From assembly GCA_977030845.1 (NCBI GenBank), contig OZ365112.1:18352001-18416000 (forward strand): a stretch of 64,000 bases of DNA, read 5' to 3'. This DNA comes from Fimbriosthenelais zetlandica (Eukaryota). Positions 1-13,700 of the stretch are shown in pieces (position 1 is the first letter of the stretch; each line of letters opens with the position of its first letter). Made by a program: the position numbers and the translations under genes. Below the pieces are notes generated by a model. That model was not told where the DNA came from, ran no database searches, and saw only the letters and a list, made by a program, of their open reading frames with translations.

Positions 1-533
1 TGGTTGTCGCTTTCCCATCCTGGCGACGCATAAAGAAAAGCTTGTCTTGTATTGGTGGTGGATTGTTTTTGTTTTCTGTGGGTGGAGATATCTGATATGG
101 TTATCATGTCATGCTGCTAGGATTTCATTTCTCCTTGAGTCGTCGCCAGGTGGGGTTCTGTCATGACGTCGTTGTCACTTCAAGAAGATTTTCTCCCACA
201 TGCTATAAGAACTCTTTCCTTTGTTTATCGGATTGGACAAGCGGTTGGTGGTCAGATTTGTCCACATGATGATTTTCCTGGATGGATCGTTAAATTCGAA
301 TTTAAATCCTTTATTTTTAATTTCAACATGTGGCGACATAGAACTTTTTTGTTTTAATAAAATTGGCGACAAAGGTCATTTTCCAGAATGTAGCATCTGT
401 ACCGTAATAATGGGAATTCATATGGATGTATCACATCAATCAAAATGTGTTTTTTTCTTGTGGCATGCCTACTTCAAACATCTGTTGAAGTACAACACGA
501 ATATCTTATGAGTATGACTTTTTCTCTTTCCAG

Positions 534-574
534 ATGTTGATGATATCGAAAGGGAGATGCCAGGTTTCCTCAAA
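534..574 (+). CDS. PPA: Inorganic pyrophosphatase (family I), internal exon; upstream exons are outside the window
   Basis: ttccag acceptor and gtaagt donor; encodes (D)VDDIEREMPGFLK, matching the D..DVE..PG.LK segment of soluble PPases; the frame joins the next exon. Confidence 0.9.
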
Positions 575-2336
575 GTAAGTAAAGTGCAATATGTTCTTCT
601 TCATTGGTATATAAAGTGTATTGGATTTAATGAAATGTGTTATGCACATTCTCATAATTCAGACCAGTTAACACAACTAATTTATTGAGAAAGTCTCTAT
701 TTACGATTCTAGTAATTGTAATTTGAATCAGATTTTAGGTGTTACTTGTTGAGAAAGATGCTCTCTTTGCAAAGCATTAGAGAATTTAATTAAAGAATTC
801 TAATCCCTAGAGACAGATATGAGTAGTAAAACTTACTTCTCCACCTGCTATTATCAATTACAAAGTTTAGATGATGCTTTCATCCTTGATAAATGGAACA
901 TATTTTCTTAGCGATTATCTTGGTGAACTGCTTATCTAGTTGATAATCAAAGGAGGAGTGTTCACTAGGCGGCGACAATAGCTCCTCCACTAATTAGGAG
1001 TCAATCCGGACTGATTGTTAATTTCAAGGCATGATCACACCTCGTTTGAGAGTTAAACTTTGTGTTGTAAGAAGAAATATGTGGAAAAGAATGGGAGTAA
1101 GAGGGTTGGTGAGACCTGGCTTTGGTTACAGCCACCAGCTTGCTGTTTCCCATGCCCCTTTCTCTCTGTTTTCTGGCATAGTGACAAATGGCGAAAAGGG
1201 GAAGAGTGGGGGTGGGAAGTGGGGAGGGTCCCCTTAGCTACCAACCAAAGCCTGTGTGTTTAATTTAGCCAGGCATTTCTCTGTGAGTCACCTCCTTATT
1301 CCCTAACTCCAGGTCCTCCCCTAATTGTCCAACAACAAAGTGGTGTCGTAGCCGAAAGCTGGGCTGCTATTCATTAACAGCAATGGGCCGGGTCCACTTT
1401 GTAGCATATTATACCCTCATCCCAGCACAGATTGGTTCCCCAAAAAACAGCCTTGATTGAAACTTAAACACAGCCTCCTCCTCCTCTTCCTTTTCAACAA
1501 ATGGCGGGAAAATCGCCCACTCTTTTCCTGATGTGCCATATTGGCGGCGTAATCATAGACCATGCTCGCTGGATTCTTTCAGAACTTTGAAATAAGCCAA
1601 CTCTTCCCGAGACATCGCTGCGTTGTAATTTCTCGGCGATGGTTAGAGAGGAGTGGAACTATTTGTTAGAGGGCAGGCAGTTTGTCGCTGAAGGAATGAA
1701 TAAGGAGCGAGATGGTTTACATTTTAATTATAACCGTTTGAAGTGTAAGATTAAGAGAAAGGACGTTTTCTGATGGAAAAAGAGTGGCACATAATCCTAG
1801 TCGGGCCAAGTTATGGCGCGTCCAAAACCAGTCCTCGTTCAAAGCGGGAAATCCTAAACCAGTTTACAAGCGAGAGGCATTATAATTTGCCATACTCTAA
1901 GCCCTGAAATCATCCGCCAAGATTTTTGTAGCAAGTTCTGTTTTACTGAACAGAGATGGAATCCTTCAAATCACCTTTCATTTTATTTTAATTGTTTAAT
2001 TAAATTGGAGTCTTTTTGCTGAGCCATTCAAATGTCATTTGCCTAGTTGAGTTGTAATCAATACAGGCAGACGTTAAAAACAAGCCATCCCTCTCGGCTG
2101 TGAGAACTTTGTTGTGGAAGGTAATAGTACAGTATAAGCCATGTTAATATGGAGCTTTTATCATCAGAGAGAAGTGCCATTCCTTATACAAACTTTCTTA
2201 ACTTCCTGCCTTCTCTTTACATGGTCAATCACAATATCACTGTTTCACATTACATGTGCCGTCAGTTTCGCAGGAGTAGTTTTATGATGTATTAAGCAGA
2301 TAATTAATAAACTTCCTCTTTCATCTTTTACTCCAG

Positions 2337-2423
2337 GCCACCAATGAATGGTTCCGTATTTACAAGATCCCAACAGGCAAACCTGAAAACCAGTTCGCGT
2401 TCAATGGAGAAGCTAAAAACAAA
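2337..2423 (+). CDS. PPA: Inorganic pyrophosphatase exon
   Basis: ctccag/gtaagt; 87 nt; [29 protein letters not shown] contains the hallmark [16 protein letters not shown] motif. Confidence 0.97.
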
Positions 2424-5400
2424 GTAAGTCTTGCTTAATATTTCCATCATTTTTAGCCTGCATCTTTTCTTTATATTTTTCCTCTTCGACAACTTGCAAT
2501 ATCTAGACTAATAGCTAATGTGGCATAAGTTAACTGTTGTTGTCAGTCTGTGATACTATATTGATAAAACAGTATGATTATGACAATGTGATCAGATGCC
2601 AGCATGATTCTATGACAGAAACATATAATGACAATGTCCTCCTTTATTGTTATAAACTTGACACATACATCACTAAACACACACCTTTTTATCTTTGTTT
2701 AATCATCCCATATAAAGAACATTTACACTCTGCCAACCACCTTTTCTTTTACGTTTTTTCTTCCTTAAGTATTAATCTCCAGTGTTTCATTGATCAATTA
2801 CTTTTGTGTTTTTTGTCATAAGTAAGTAAAAGGATGAATGTCTATAGGCTGGTAATGAGATAAAGGAGAGAGTTTTTTCTCTTTCCGCCGCTGGCTTTGA
2901 GCAGAGTTGTTCACGGAGTGAGGTTCAGTCCACCCCGCTGTGTCTGTGGTTAAGCATTGCTTTGAGATGGAGACAGACAATGATAAGACAGTTTCTTTAC
3001 AATTACTTCAGTAATGAATGTGTCAGGGTTGGTCTTTTAACTCGGTTAGAAGCACCTGCTTCTCTTCTTTCCGTATACTCGCAGCTCTCAACTTTTTTTG
3101 CCTCTGACATGATGGAAGTATATCATTGTTAGTAGGGAACCAAAAAGTGGTTGCTCCTGTGTTTGCCAGTGATACTGTTTATCTGTGTTTGTGATGCAAA
3201 ACAATCTACTGGCATGTACGGATATCTCGATATGGCATATCTCTATCTCATTGTAGACTCCTGTCCATATATCCAGTCTGATATATGACATGATGGTAAA
3301 AGAAATAAATTAGATAGGACTATTCTATACTGGTATAATAACCAGAGGAATTTTCACTATGGTGTGACTTCGTAGTTGGGTTTCTTTTCTGGGTCTTCTT
3401 CGTCATACTTATTATTGTGTTTTCTTCTTTTCATCTGCGGTTCTCCCTTCCGCCATTCTTTTTCTCATTATCTCTCTTGGTTTCTCTTGTGTTCACACCC
3501 TGCATTCAGCTGGATTAGTTTTGAGGATGTTTTTGATCACCTGGTGTAGCAGTGATTTCTGAGTGCAGCAGGTAACCCTATACACGCCCTGTACTCTAGG
3601 TGTACTTTGATAGGCGAGTGAACTGCCCGATTTATGGTTGACCTCTCCTCTAGTACCTCTCCACATATACCCTATGCCACTCTCTCTACACCTGAGATCG
3701 TTTCCACCTGATATCTCATCTGAGCACCGACTCACTAATAACTTGTATGACGTTGTAAAACTGTAAGTGATGGGAGAATTGCTGTATGCAGTCCAAGCAG
3801 TTACGTCAGAAACTGTCCCATTAGAGGACTAAAATGTGTTCAAATCCCTATGCATTCCCAATATTTTGCATCGCATTTCTGCGGTGTTAAAAACCTGCCT
3901 TGTCACCAGTGCACGTCAGATGCTGTCATTTGAGAAGAGCAGTTGGTTGTACTCGCAGCGTGTTTCCACTTAGTCAAAGAGTCACTTTTATTACATATAC
4001 GTATTGTTGTGTGTTGTGTTCTGTCTGACTGGTGTACTTCTGTTACCTGTTACTGCATGTATAATGCTCAGTCATCGCTCATTTTCACACCAATCTCCAG
4101 TAAGGCAATCTGCACTGCCTTTTCAACTCTTATATCTTCAGGGATGACAAGTATCAAAAGTTCTGAACCAGTATCAGTTTCCTAGTTCTTGGAGGTCGTG
4201 GTATACATAATTTATAATCTGTTAGTGAGGCAGACATTCATAGATAGGCGACTGGTCTCGGCTCAGATAACATGAAAAGTAACCTAAAGCCATTAAAGCT
4301 GGAATCTTGTCTTTATCTCTGATTTGTCGGGAGCTTTGTGAATGCTGTAAGTGATGAGGCCACACCCCGATCAGGTCAAAGGTCACCAGGATGAGAAGAA
4401 CGCACCAGCTCCACCTAGCCTCAGACTGGGCATATTAACCAGGTATTTTGACAGGACTTTGGAATTCACCAAACAGATGATGTCTTCTATAGTTGAAAGG
4501 TTCCATTCCAAACCTTGATTTTCCATGATTTTCCTTCTGGAGTTGTTCCTACTTCCATGCATCTGTGCAAGACATTCCGTCATTGTAGGTTGAAAAAAGG
4601 AAAAACAACAATGCAAGCCACTCGTCTCAATATGGAGAGACTAAGAGCACTATATGAATTGTTCATTGATCCAGAATTAGCCATCTTTTTACCGCCTCCA
4701 GTTTTTTCACCCGGCATTTATCAAATGGCTTCGGCGCCAGTGATCAATTACAGTCTTGTAGGTAATCCGGGCGCGCCAATTCACTCCCGGTCCAGGGTCA
4801 ATTCTAAACGACGAGCTTTCCTGCCCCGGCGCAGGGCACATATGGCACAGGGGGGCAGGCCGGGGGCAAAAAAAAACGTAGAGAAAGATGGCTACAATAG
4901 GATATCATTAATTTGCCGAGTTAACCCTCCCGATGGGCGAGAACAAGTCGCTCTATTTGGTTCAATCAATCTGCTCGCATGCTGTCGAGCGAGTGGCTCA
5001 GACTGGGACGAATTTCACATTTAGTGTAAATGTGCTGATCAAAGTGGGCCTCCCGATCCCGGTTATTTAATGTATGAGATAAAATAAAAGCTACATTTGT
5101 GTTAACATGAGAATCAAAGTCGTCTGCACGCTTGTGACGTCTGCGTTCAAAGCCCAAACGCTTCAGATCTGTTGGTCATATTAGAGCGCATGTGCCGCAC
5201 GCCGTTTGATGCACCCTGCCGCCCCGTAGTTAATAATTATCCCGGAATTTGTGAAGTAGAAGGAATGAAATGTTGAAATGATGCTTTTGCATGGGGTGAC
5301 ACAGGCGCAGTCAGAGCCCCGACCGACTTGTCATTAACTCGTAGCTTTGAAACGAAGAAAACTTGTGTCGGGAAAAAAACGCTTGCACAAGAAACGTCTT

Positions 5401-6789
5401 CAAAGAGTGGGTTGGTTGGATGATGGCGGACGGTTGTGGCCGTGGTCCCAGGCCTGGCCCCGCCTGCCCGCTCGGTGCATAGCGTGATAATTAATCTACT
5501 TTGATTGGGTGACGAGTCCTTACATATACCGCTTACTCGTGTAGTGAAAATCACTCGTGAATGTATGCCTCAATTCCCCTCCCTATGCTTCTACCATTCA
5601 AGTTTTTGCCTCTATGCATCCTCCCTCCCAACCCTACTCCACAACCCCCACATCCAACCTTCATTCTCTTACACACCCCTCTCACCCTCACTTCAGCCTG
5701 TCCATCAGCCTCCCTCTGAAACCCATACCGTCCCACTCACTTTCCCCCCTTTTTAAGGATAAAAGTGAATTGGATCATAATTGAAGTGTAGGCTTCCCCT
5801 CTTCATTCCAATCCATTATTCTTTTTTCCCCGTCAAAACCTTAAAAACTTAATCCCAGAACAAAGTCTTTGATAGAGGATCTTCCCACCCGATCAAGCTA
5901 ATTGTTGCTTTCTAATTCCTCACAAATCCTCCTTCACTTTTTGTAGGCCACAGCAGGGAAATGGGCCTCACACTATCACACCCTACTATTCACTTCCATC
6001 CTTCATCTTTTTCCCTTCGTCTCAGTGTCTGGATTTGATTAAAAAGATGCAAATAGCAATTAAGAGGAACAAGGGAAAAGATTGCCTTCAGAAGTTGTAG
6101 TTTTGTACTGAGAGGATTGTCCCCTGTGCTTTTATAAGGAAAAGCTAGGAATATACCAGGAAGAAACACAAAAGCCTCCCTCTTAATGCACTTAAAAGAA
6201 AATTACTTAAAAGCTCATGCCTTAACCGTCTTACGATGGGCCCACTTTGCGTCGTGTGTGTGGTCCTTGTAATCCCTCGTTTGTACAGCCGTGGTTTGGA
6301 TCTCCTGTCCTCTGGCAGGCGGGCTTCCTCCTAGCACCGTACCTGCCTGGGGTGGTCGGAGGAAGAAGATGGGAGAGGAGCCCCTTATCTGGTGTCTTTT
6401 GTTTCACAGAGGGCACACCAGAGAGACCAGATGGTTTTTGATGCCTCAGACTCAAATGGAGCAATTTGTGGTGATGAGAGGGAGAGTAAACATGGATAAA
6501 AGGTGGTGAGCAAGCTGCTCCTGACCGACTCCCTAACAACTCATTCTCCCACCTAGGTAGACATCCTAAAAGGAACACCCACTCCTTCTACATATATATA
6601 CTAAATACACGCTCTGTGGAGATGGAAATGGGTAGATTCTGCCCTGACACTTGTGATGTCCCTGATAAAATAGATATCCTCATATAACCATACTACTTCG
6701 CCTCTAGTCAGTACATTTCCAAACAGTTCTCAAAGATAAATATGAAAAATGATTGTGATAAATTGTTAATCAGGTATTTTCCCTTGCAG

Positions 6790-6875
6790 GCCTTCACGCT
6801 TGAGATTATCCAGCAGACACATGACCAATGGCGGGCCCTGATTAACAATGAGGTAGAGGCTGGAGGCCTCGACTG
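6790..6875 (+). CDS. PPA: Inorganic pyrophosphatase exon
   Basis: ttgcag/gtgagt; AFTLEIIQQTHDQWRALINNEVEAGGLD plus TG; matches the II..TH..W..L helix. Confidence 0.93.
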
Positions 6876-9835
6876 GTGAGTTCATATTATAATTATTCAT
6901 AGTTTCCTCCATTCATTTAATCAATAAGAACTTTTATTTCTAGAGGTATTTCAGGATATATAAGATATTTTAAGACCTATTACTCACAACTACACCCCAC
7001 CACAACTGGGACCACCATTGACATATGGTACATACGTTGGATCCAAAAAGATGGCGGGATGATTTGATAACGGCGTCTGTAACACCGAGTAGACCTACTG
7101 ATACCATCTTCCACCTATAATCACCTTTAATGACCCACTTTGCCTCTGTCATGTTGGCCGCCCAGGACAGGTGACGTGTGAAGAGGTAACGATCACAGAC
7201 CCGCTCCTATGACCGCTGACCCCCAACCATGACTCGACTAATTATACCTTAATAGACACCACTAATTAACCATTGATCACAGACTCACATGACAGCCTCC
7301 CCTCACCTACTCAACCTTTGGCGGCCACCGAAATTTCTTATACTTATACGCAGTCCAGGTTAACTACCCTGTCTGTGCTGATGTAAAGTCAGTTATGGGA
7401 AAATGGATGTGAAGGAGTTATTTTCAGAAATTGAGAGAATGATTCCCGTTAGAGCTCTTCAGATGAATTATTTGTTTGTTGAGGAGCGACAAGAAAACCC
7501 CGGCATCGCCATGTATTTAGGGAAGCTAGTAACATGTCAGACGTGCGGTAATCTCGCTTTCTCCGGGCATGACTCTTCGTTTGTTGTTGAGAGCCAAAAG
7601 AATGATCAGAGATGTACTTAAGACTGGTTTTGGGCTAATTAACTATTGCTCCGTCTGAAAGATGCCAGGTCCTGACATAAGATTCCCAGTCGGAGCCTGG
7701 TCAGAGAATATTTTACATTCAAATGGCTGTGGCAGACCCTTTTGCTGTTTCAGGCTTGAGGATACTGTGAATAGAATGGGTAGTAACTGGGGATTTAAAA
7801 CCTGCTTCAGTAGGAATGGAAAGCATGAAAAATGAGATATTTGTTGAAGGTTATCAGCCAGTATGCGTGCATATTAAGCTGGAGCTATGTTGGTCAGGGT
7901 ATGACACTAGTAATAATTCCGCGGCCAGTACCTGTCAGGTCTGATTTGTCAGGTTGACCACCCACCTTTGTATTGGGTTTCCAGGTGGACTGCTTGATCA
8001 TTTTCACCTGTAATTAGGGAGCTGCTTAGTTGCACAGTGACCGTTTGTGATTGGAAGGCCTTGTACAGCCTGACATATTGACCAGGGCACTGCTCTGTGA
8101 TTTGGGAAGCACACATACACCTTGGCCTGACCACAGACAGGAGCAGGCCATGTCAGTTTGAGCTGCAATTCCTGACTATTCTACATATTGCCCGCGATAC
8201 TGTTAATGCCATTCTTATCGCATTCTATCCCCATTCTGCTGCATTTAATCTTTTCGCTCTTTTGGATTCTCATTCAGCCTTCCCTCATCCGATAGAATTG
8301 CTCAGCTTTATCTGCCCGGTAATCATCTGCTCTCTAGTCTCTACACTTCCCTCATTAATACTGACGTCGGCTAAAGTGTAGAGAAATAAGCATTAGCACT
8401 TTATTCTGGCTTATATAGGTGTACTTATTTGAATTTTCTCCCTTTCTTTTCATCACTCTCTCGCCTTGAACTCCTATTCTATCAACTTTCCATCCTTTTC
8501 ATTAATGTCTCCCACTCTCACGCCCTCTTACAACTCAATTGAATTTTTTTAAGCTCATTTGTTGCTGTGGAGTGATAAGCGGATAAAATCCCAGCGGAGG
8601 GAGCATTCTTCTTCAATTCTATCTCAATGCGACTATCGTGCCATGTCAGCCCGATTACGACTAAATATGATAATTCTACACTTCCAGTCAAAACACTTCG
8701 CCCTGCACATCAACCTCGTCACTGTTTGAAATTGAATTAAATTGATTTTTTAATATGCGTAGCTTTTTAAAACGATTTTTATGGAGCACTCTCCGACGAG
8801 CTGCTTCGGGATTGGACTGTGAGCGAGACTGGGGCAGAAGCACAAAAGATTCTTAATGACACTTGTACGCCAATTAGGTGTTTAGGTGTTTAATATTGAG
8901 CAAACGACTACACAGAGGGGAATGAGGAGATAATAGGTCTGGCGCATGTGCACAAGACCCCAGCACTTCTGATTGGAACCTGGACAAAACTCATTAAAAC
9001 CAATAGGGTTGCATTGTGAGCGACAGCATAGGCCAGGCAGCCTAGTGGATCAGGAGGGAAATGAACAATTAGGTACCATTTTCCCGGGTCGCCCCGGGCC
9101 CCGTGCCGTCAGCTTTTGATCCTGAGGCATTGTCAGCCCTTGTTGTCTCCAGAAGAGATTCATTGTAGATATGTCTGAGATGCGAAAAGCAAACAAATGA
9201 CAGATTAGGCTTGTTCTCAGTAATAATCCAAGCAGAACAATGGTTATGCTTCATTTGCTGGATCCATGTTACTCCCTTTTACCTTTCTTCTACCTGGCAG
9301 TCAGTCATTGATCTTTATCATAAGAAAGTAAGGAGTAGTAGTATTCATCCATCATCTGACTTCATGCAATACGTCAATTACCTTCCTATAAGGCCTTTCA
9401 TATGGCATCATTTGTTACTTAATTACATAGACGCCCATGTATAGCGGTCAGGGAGTGGGACATGACTAGGAAGGCAGGATTTCATTGCAGAACAATGAGA
9501 TCCATGACACTAGTAATTATGCATGATTAATCGATGGATATCTTATCATAGATCTCTTCCCAGTGCCTAATATGCTCGTGATGGAAAGAATCCAATGGCA
9601 GTGAGCCAGAAAGATTGACAGTGAACCATGTTATTGATGTCAGGTGTCTATCATTGACATGATGGTCAAAATTATTGATAGGTTAAGGCATTAAAACTAA
9701 GAAATCTTACTTTATTTAACCAATGTATGCTAGTTCAAATGGGTCTGAGAAAGGTATAAGCTATGATAATTTGTTGCATATAATCCTAAAGCAAAATGAT
9801 GGATTCATATTGACTTTACTATTCGTCATTTTCAG

Positions 9836-9899
9836 CACCAACGTAACTGTGGCGGGCAGTCCAAACATGGTTGAATCTGCAGATGACGTTGTCAACGAG
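9836..9899 (+). CDS. PPA: Inorganic pyrophosphatase exon
   Basis: tttcag/gtaggt; phase-compatible; CTNVTVAGSPNMVESADDVVNE resembles the C.N.T...SP segment. Confidence 0.88.
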
Positions 9900-10572
9900 G
9901 TAGGTTTCATACTTTATAAATCATAATTATATAAGTCTATAAAGTTTACTTTGCTTTTAATTCAACTCCGAGTGATGTTTTGTATAATAATTTTCATAGG
10001 AATTTTCCAGTATTTATGATCAAAAAAAGCGATAAAAAGTGCGTGTAACTTGGTTTTACGACTTCTAAAAGTGAATTTCAGCCTTGAAGACCATAAAGGA
10101 CGTCAGAGGAATCCCATTTCATATAACAGAAGGTCTCTTATATACCCTCAAAACAGAAGGAAATATGTGTTTCATTCCACATTGGCCTCTTTTAAGTAGA
10201 GAATATTCCATTAATAAGAGAACATCATAGGATTATCTTCCGTTTGGAAATGAGATCCAGAAGTTCGGTATAATGCATAGATATGTGAGTGACTGTGGGT
10301 AACCCCGCGACCAACAAGAGCACAGTTACTTAGCTTGGTTCAGGAGGTGAGTGGATTCCTAATGGTTTTCATGGAAACAAAGTGAAGGGAGCTGTAGTTT
10401 TGCACCTGTGTACCTATCACATACCCTCTTTCCAAAGAAGAAGCAGACCTTGAAGTTTCAGAAGTGAAATATACCTCTGAAGGCTACCCCCATGCAATGT
10501 GGTGTGACGAAGAGTTTTTAGCCCCAGATGTCCATTATCACAGATAAAAAAGGGGAAACTTTTTCTGCTTGT

Positions 10573-10741
10573 CTTTGATATTTTTCCACGATCGCTCTGA
10601 CAAATGGATTCTATTGAAAGGTTAGCTCAGCAATTGTTGAAGGCGTTCTGGCTTGGAGCGATGAACTTTGATGGTGCGCCCGCTTAAAGATGAGGGCTGG
10701 TAAAGAGCATGTAAAATGCATCAGGCTGAGGAGGCTTTGAT
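10573..10741. promoter_or_regulatory. Three co-oriented TCF/LEF HMG sites (candidate Wnt-response element) in a PPA intron
   Basis: CTTTGAT at 10573, 10666 and 10735. Confidence 0.35.
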
Positions 10742-13700
10742 CCAAGCGATCATAGAGCACATTTTGGATCATCAGATGTGAGTGGTGAAGGGGGGTGGGG
10801 GGCAGGCTAGTGCACCCTGGATCCCCACCCTTGCTCACCCACGGGTCATGGTATGTCCATACCCTCCATGGGTGAACAATGGGGTATCCATTACCCCCTG
10901 TGGCATCACACCTCCCCCACACATGCACACACCCCAACATCCTCCTGCTGGTTACATTTCACACCCAGCTCAGGTCAGACATGGAGGGATGTTGATGAGC
11001 TGTACACAGACACTGTGACATGTAGCATGAGCAGGTCATCAGTCTATTGCTCACTCTATGGTGGTGTACAATTCACAAAATGAAACCAACATTATTTTAC
11101 ATTATCAGCCTTTTTATTCTCAGAATCATCATGTCTCACCTAGATGTGAGCAAAACAATCTTTTCACCAAGTGCAAAACTTATTGCTCAAAACATATTGA
11201 TAGGTTCATAATGTGGACCTTCCCTTCTATTATTTGTACCAGCACTTGGAATCCTAACAATGGCGTTCATGCCTGTATTGTTCAGAGCGTTTTACATTGA
11301 TTCAAGCAGTGTAATGGTTTTGGCATACCTACCTGTCGCTCACTCCAGCTCTAGTTCTACATCATCAGTCTATTTCAGTCACCTTTAGAACCTCTTCAAC
11401 CATCCTCCATTTCAAGCACCATCACTCAACCCCAATTGAACATTTGGAAAAGGACAACTCCTAAATACACCAGACATATAAGATAATCAAGTATAACCAA
11501 GTACTGAGGGTTTTTAACGAGTTTTTTCATGAAAATACCAACTTACTAAAGAGTAGAGATGTCTGCCTTGTTATCGGATATGACTGATAAGAAAGCCCAC
11601 AACAGATGTAGTGGTAATCATACACAGGTGGAACAAAGGAGCAGCTCATGCGGCTTGACAAGCTCAAAAATACAAGCTCACAGCTGGGTGGTGAAGACTG
11701 GGCGATAATTGAGATGGGATATGATTGTGTATGACCAGGACACGGTGGGAAGCCAGTCTGCTACCCCGGGATGCCAACACGTGAGGTTTCACCTACCTTT
11801 ATGTAAGCCCTTTCCACCTCTCGCCTTCCTCCTGCGGACCAATCTTCCCCGTCCTTCCATGCCTCCTCAGCACCTTTTCCATGCCCCATGTTTCTGATTC
11901 TTCATTCCTACTCTTCCTTCTCTTCCATCTCATCAAACCTGTGTGTTGAAAGAAAGGTTCATGTTGGTTAAATTCTTCCGAATTTCAGTTTGGTGAAGCA
12001 CATGATATTGAAAAACGCATTGGATCGACAGGGATGGATCTCTGTTGCTCAGTAGATTGACATAGTCTTTTGATGATGACCATGGGCTCCCTGACATGAC
12101 CCTATTGATGACCTTACTACGCTTGTACAAAATGACACAACAAGAGTAAACTAGAGCTGACAGACCACCAGTCACGCTGATCAAATCAAAGGGCAAATTA
12201 TACACTGATTGTACCAAACGTAATCTGGATCTCTAAAAATTAGACAGTTGGACAGACTTGTGCATAGATTAGAGTCTGCCTTGTAGAGGGTGAAGCCGCT
12301 GCTATATACAGGTGTAATGCTAACATTAATCGGTTGTGAGGAAGATATCAAACAGATTAGTTCTGCTCAGCTGGTGGTGGGGTTTGGTGCGTGGATGAAT
12401 CAGCAAGCATATGATCAGGTCTGTCAGCTCAAGTGGTCATATGACAACCTGGTATATAGAGAATGCCAACAGCTACTCTCACCCATTATAATCATTCACA
12501 TATGTAACTTGCTCATTTCAGAGCTCTGGCAACTCTATATTCTTGAAGAAGAATCTTTTCATTTGTTTTAGCGTTTATTTAGGGAGGTTTCATTATTTGT
12601 TCTCTTGTTGTTGATGAGCATGTGTACTGACACCACACCCATAGTCATTACTGCTCCATCCCGCCAACCAACATCAGTGGCGTCTGCTTTCAGTCTTTGC
12701 TAATGGCTATAAGGCTGTTATTATTTAGATTTGTTTTAAGCAGTAGGAGACCCCTGTTATAGGTAGTGTTGGTTAGGTAAGACCTAGATGGTGGTGTGAG
12801 GAGCGCCTTTGGTGGCTGGTGTGGAGCTCTGCGGGTACTGCTCGTGTCATAACTCCCTCCTGCTCTCTCCCCTCAGATCACAGCTTCACCCACCCATCCC
12901 TCACCCCAACCTTTGAAGTGATAAAAAAATTCCCACCTTTCATGTGAGTTAGGTGATCAATCATACCAGCTGGGCCATGAGTGGCCGCCATTTTCTCAGG
13001 TAATGGGCCTGGCTCAGCTTACCACCTGGACAGAGGCTCTGGTGAAAATTCAGAGGTTTTTACTGGATTAAAAATTGGTTGCATTGGGCATGTATGGATC
13101 TCTGTTGACCAGTGGTTAAATTCAGGCTTTGAAGAACATCAGTTTCCTGGCAGGACTCTGTGCCCGGACCCAGTGAATGATAAGGGTTACCTCCAGTGAA
13201 AAGGGCAAAATGGTCTTCTCTTTTCACTCCCAATTATTATCTTCTTCCACCTCTTCTGGCTATGTTTCCCGTTTTTGTTATTCCCATTCCCTTTCTCCTG
13301 CTCCCTACTCCCTGTCAATTCCTCCTCTTCTTCCACACCACACCTATCCGTGTTTCACCTGACTCTTGTATTTTCACACCTTTCTCTACCTGATGACCAT
13401 TAACCAATTAGTTGACCTTGTCTCGTTAATAAGCCTGAGCCGCTCAACTCTCACGCGAGCAGCTCATCTGCTGCCTTGAGCAGGAAGTCGCGCGGCTGAT
13501 TGTTATATGTGTTTAATGCATGATTAAACCAAGGAAGGCGTCAATGGCAGTGACAGCCCGCCCTTGGTTATGCATTAGAGGGTTTCTCCTGATACTGTCA
13601 GAAGGAGTTCTACAATCTATGAAATGGGAAAGAAACTGGAAGACATGGACATGTAGAATAGAAAAGTATGTAGATTGCGAAAATGATGTAGGATCCCCCG

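Noticed and set aside
1208-1228. G-quadruplex-type motifs at 1208-1228 and 63710-63731
   Set aside because: Isolated G-rich tracts with no supporting context; these are common by chance.
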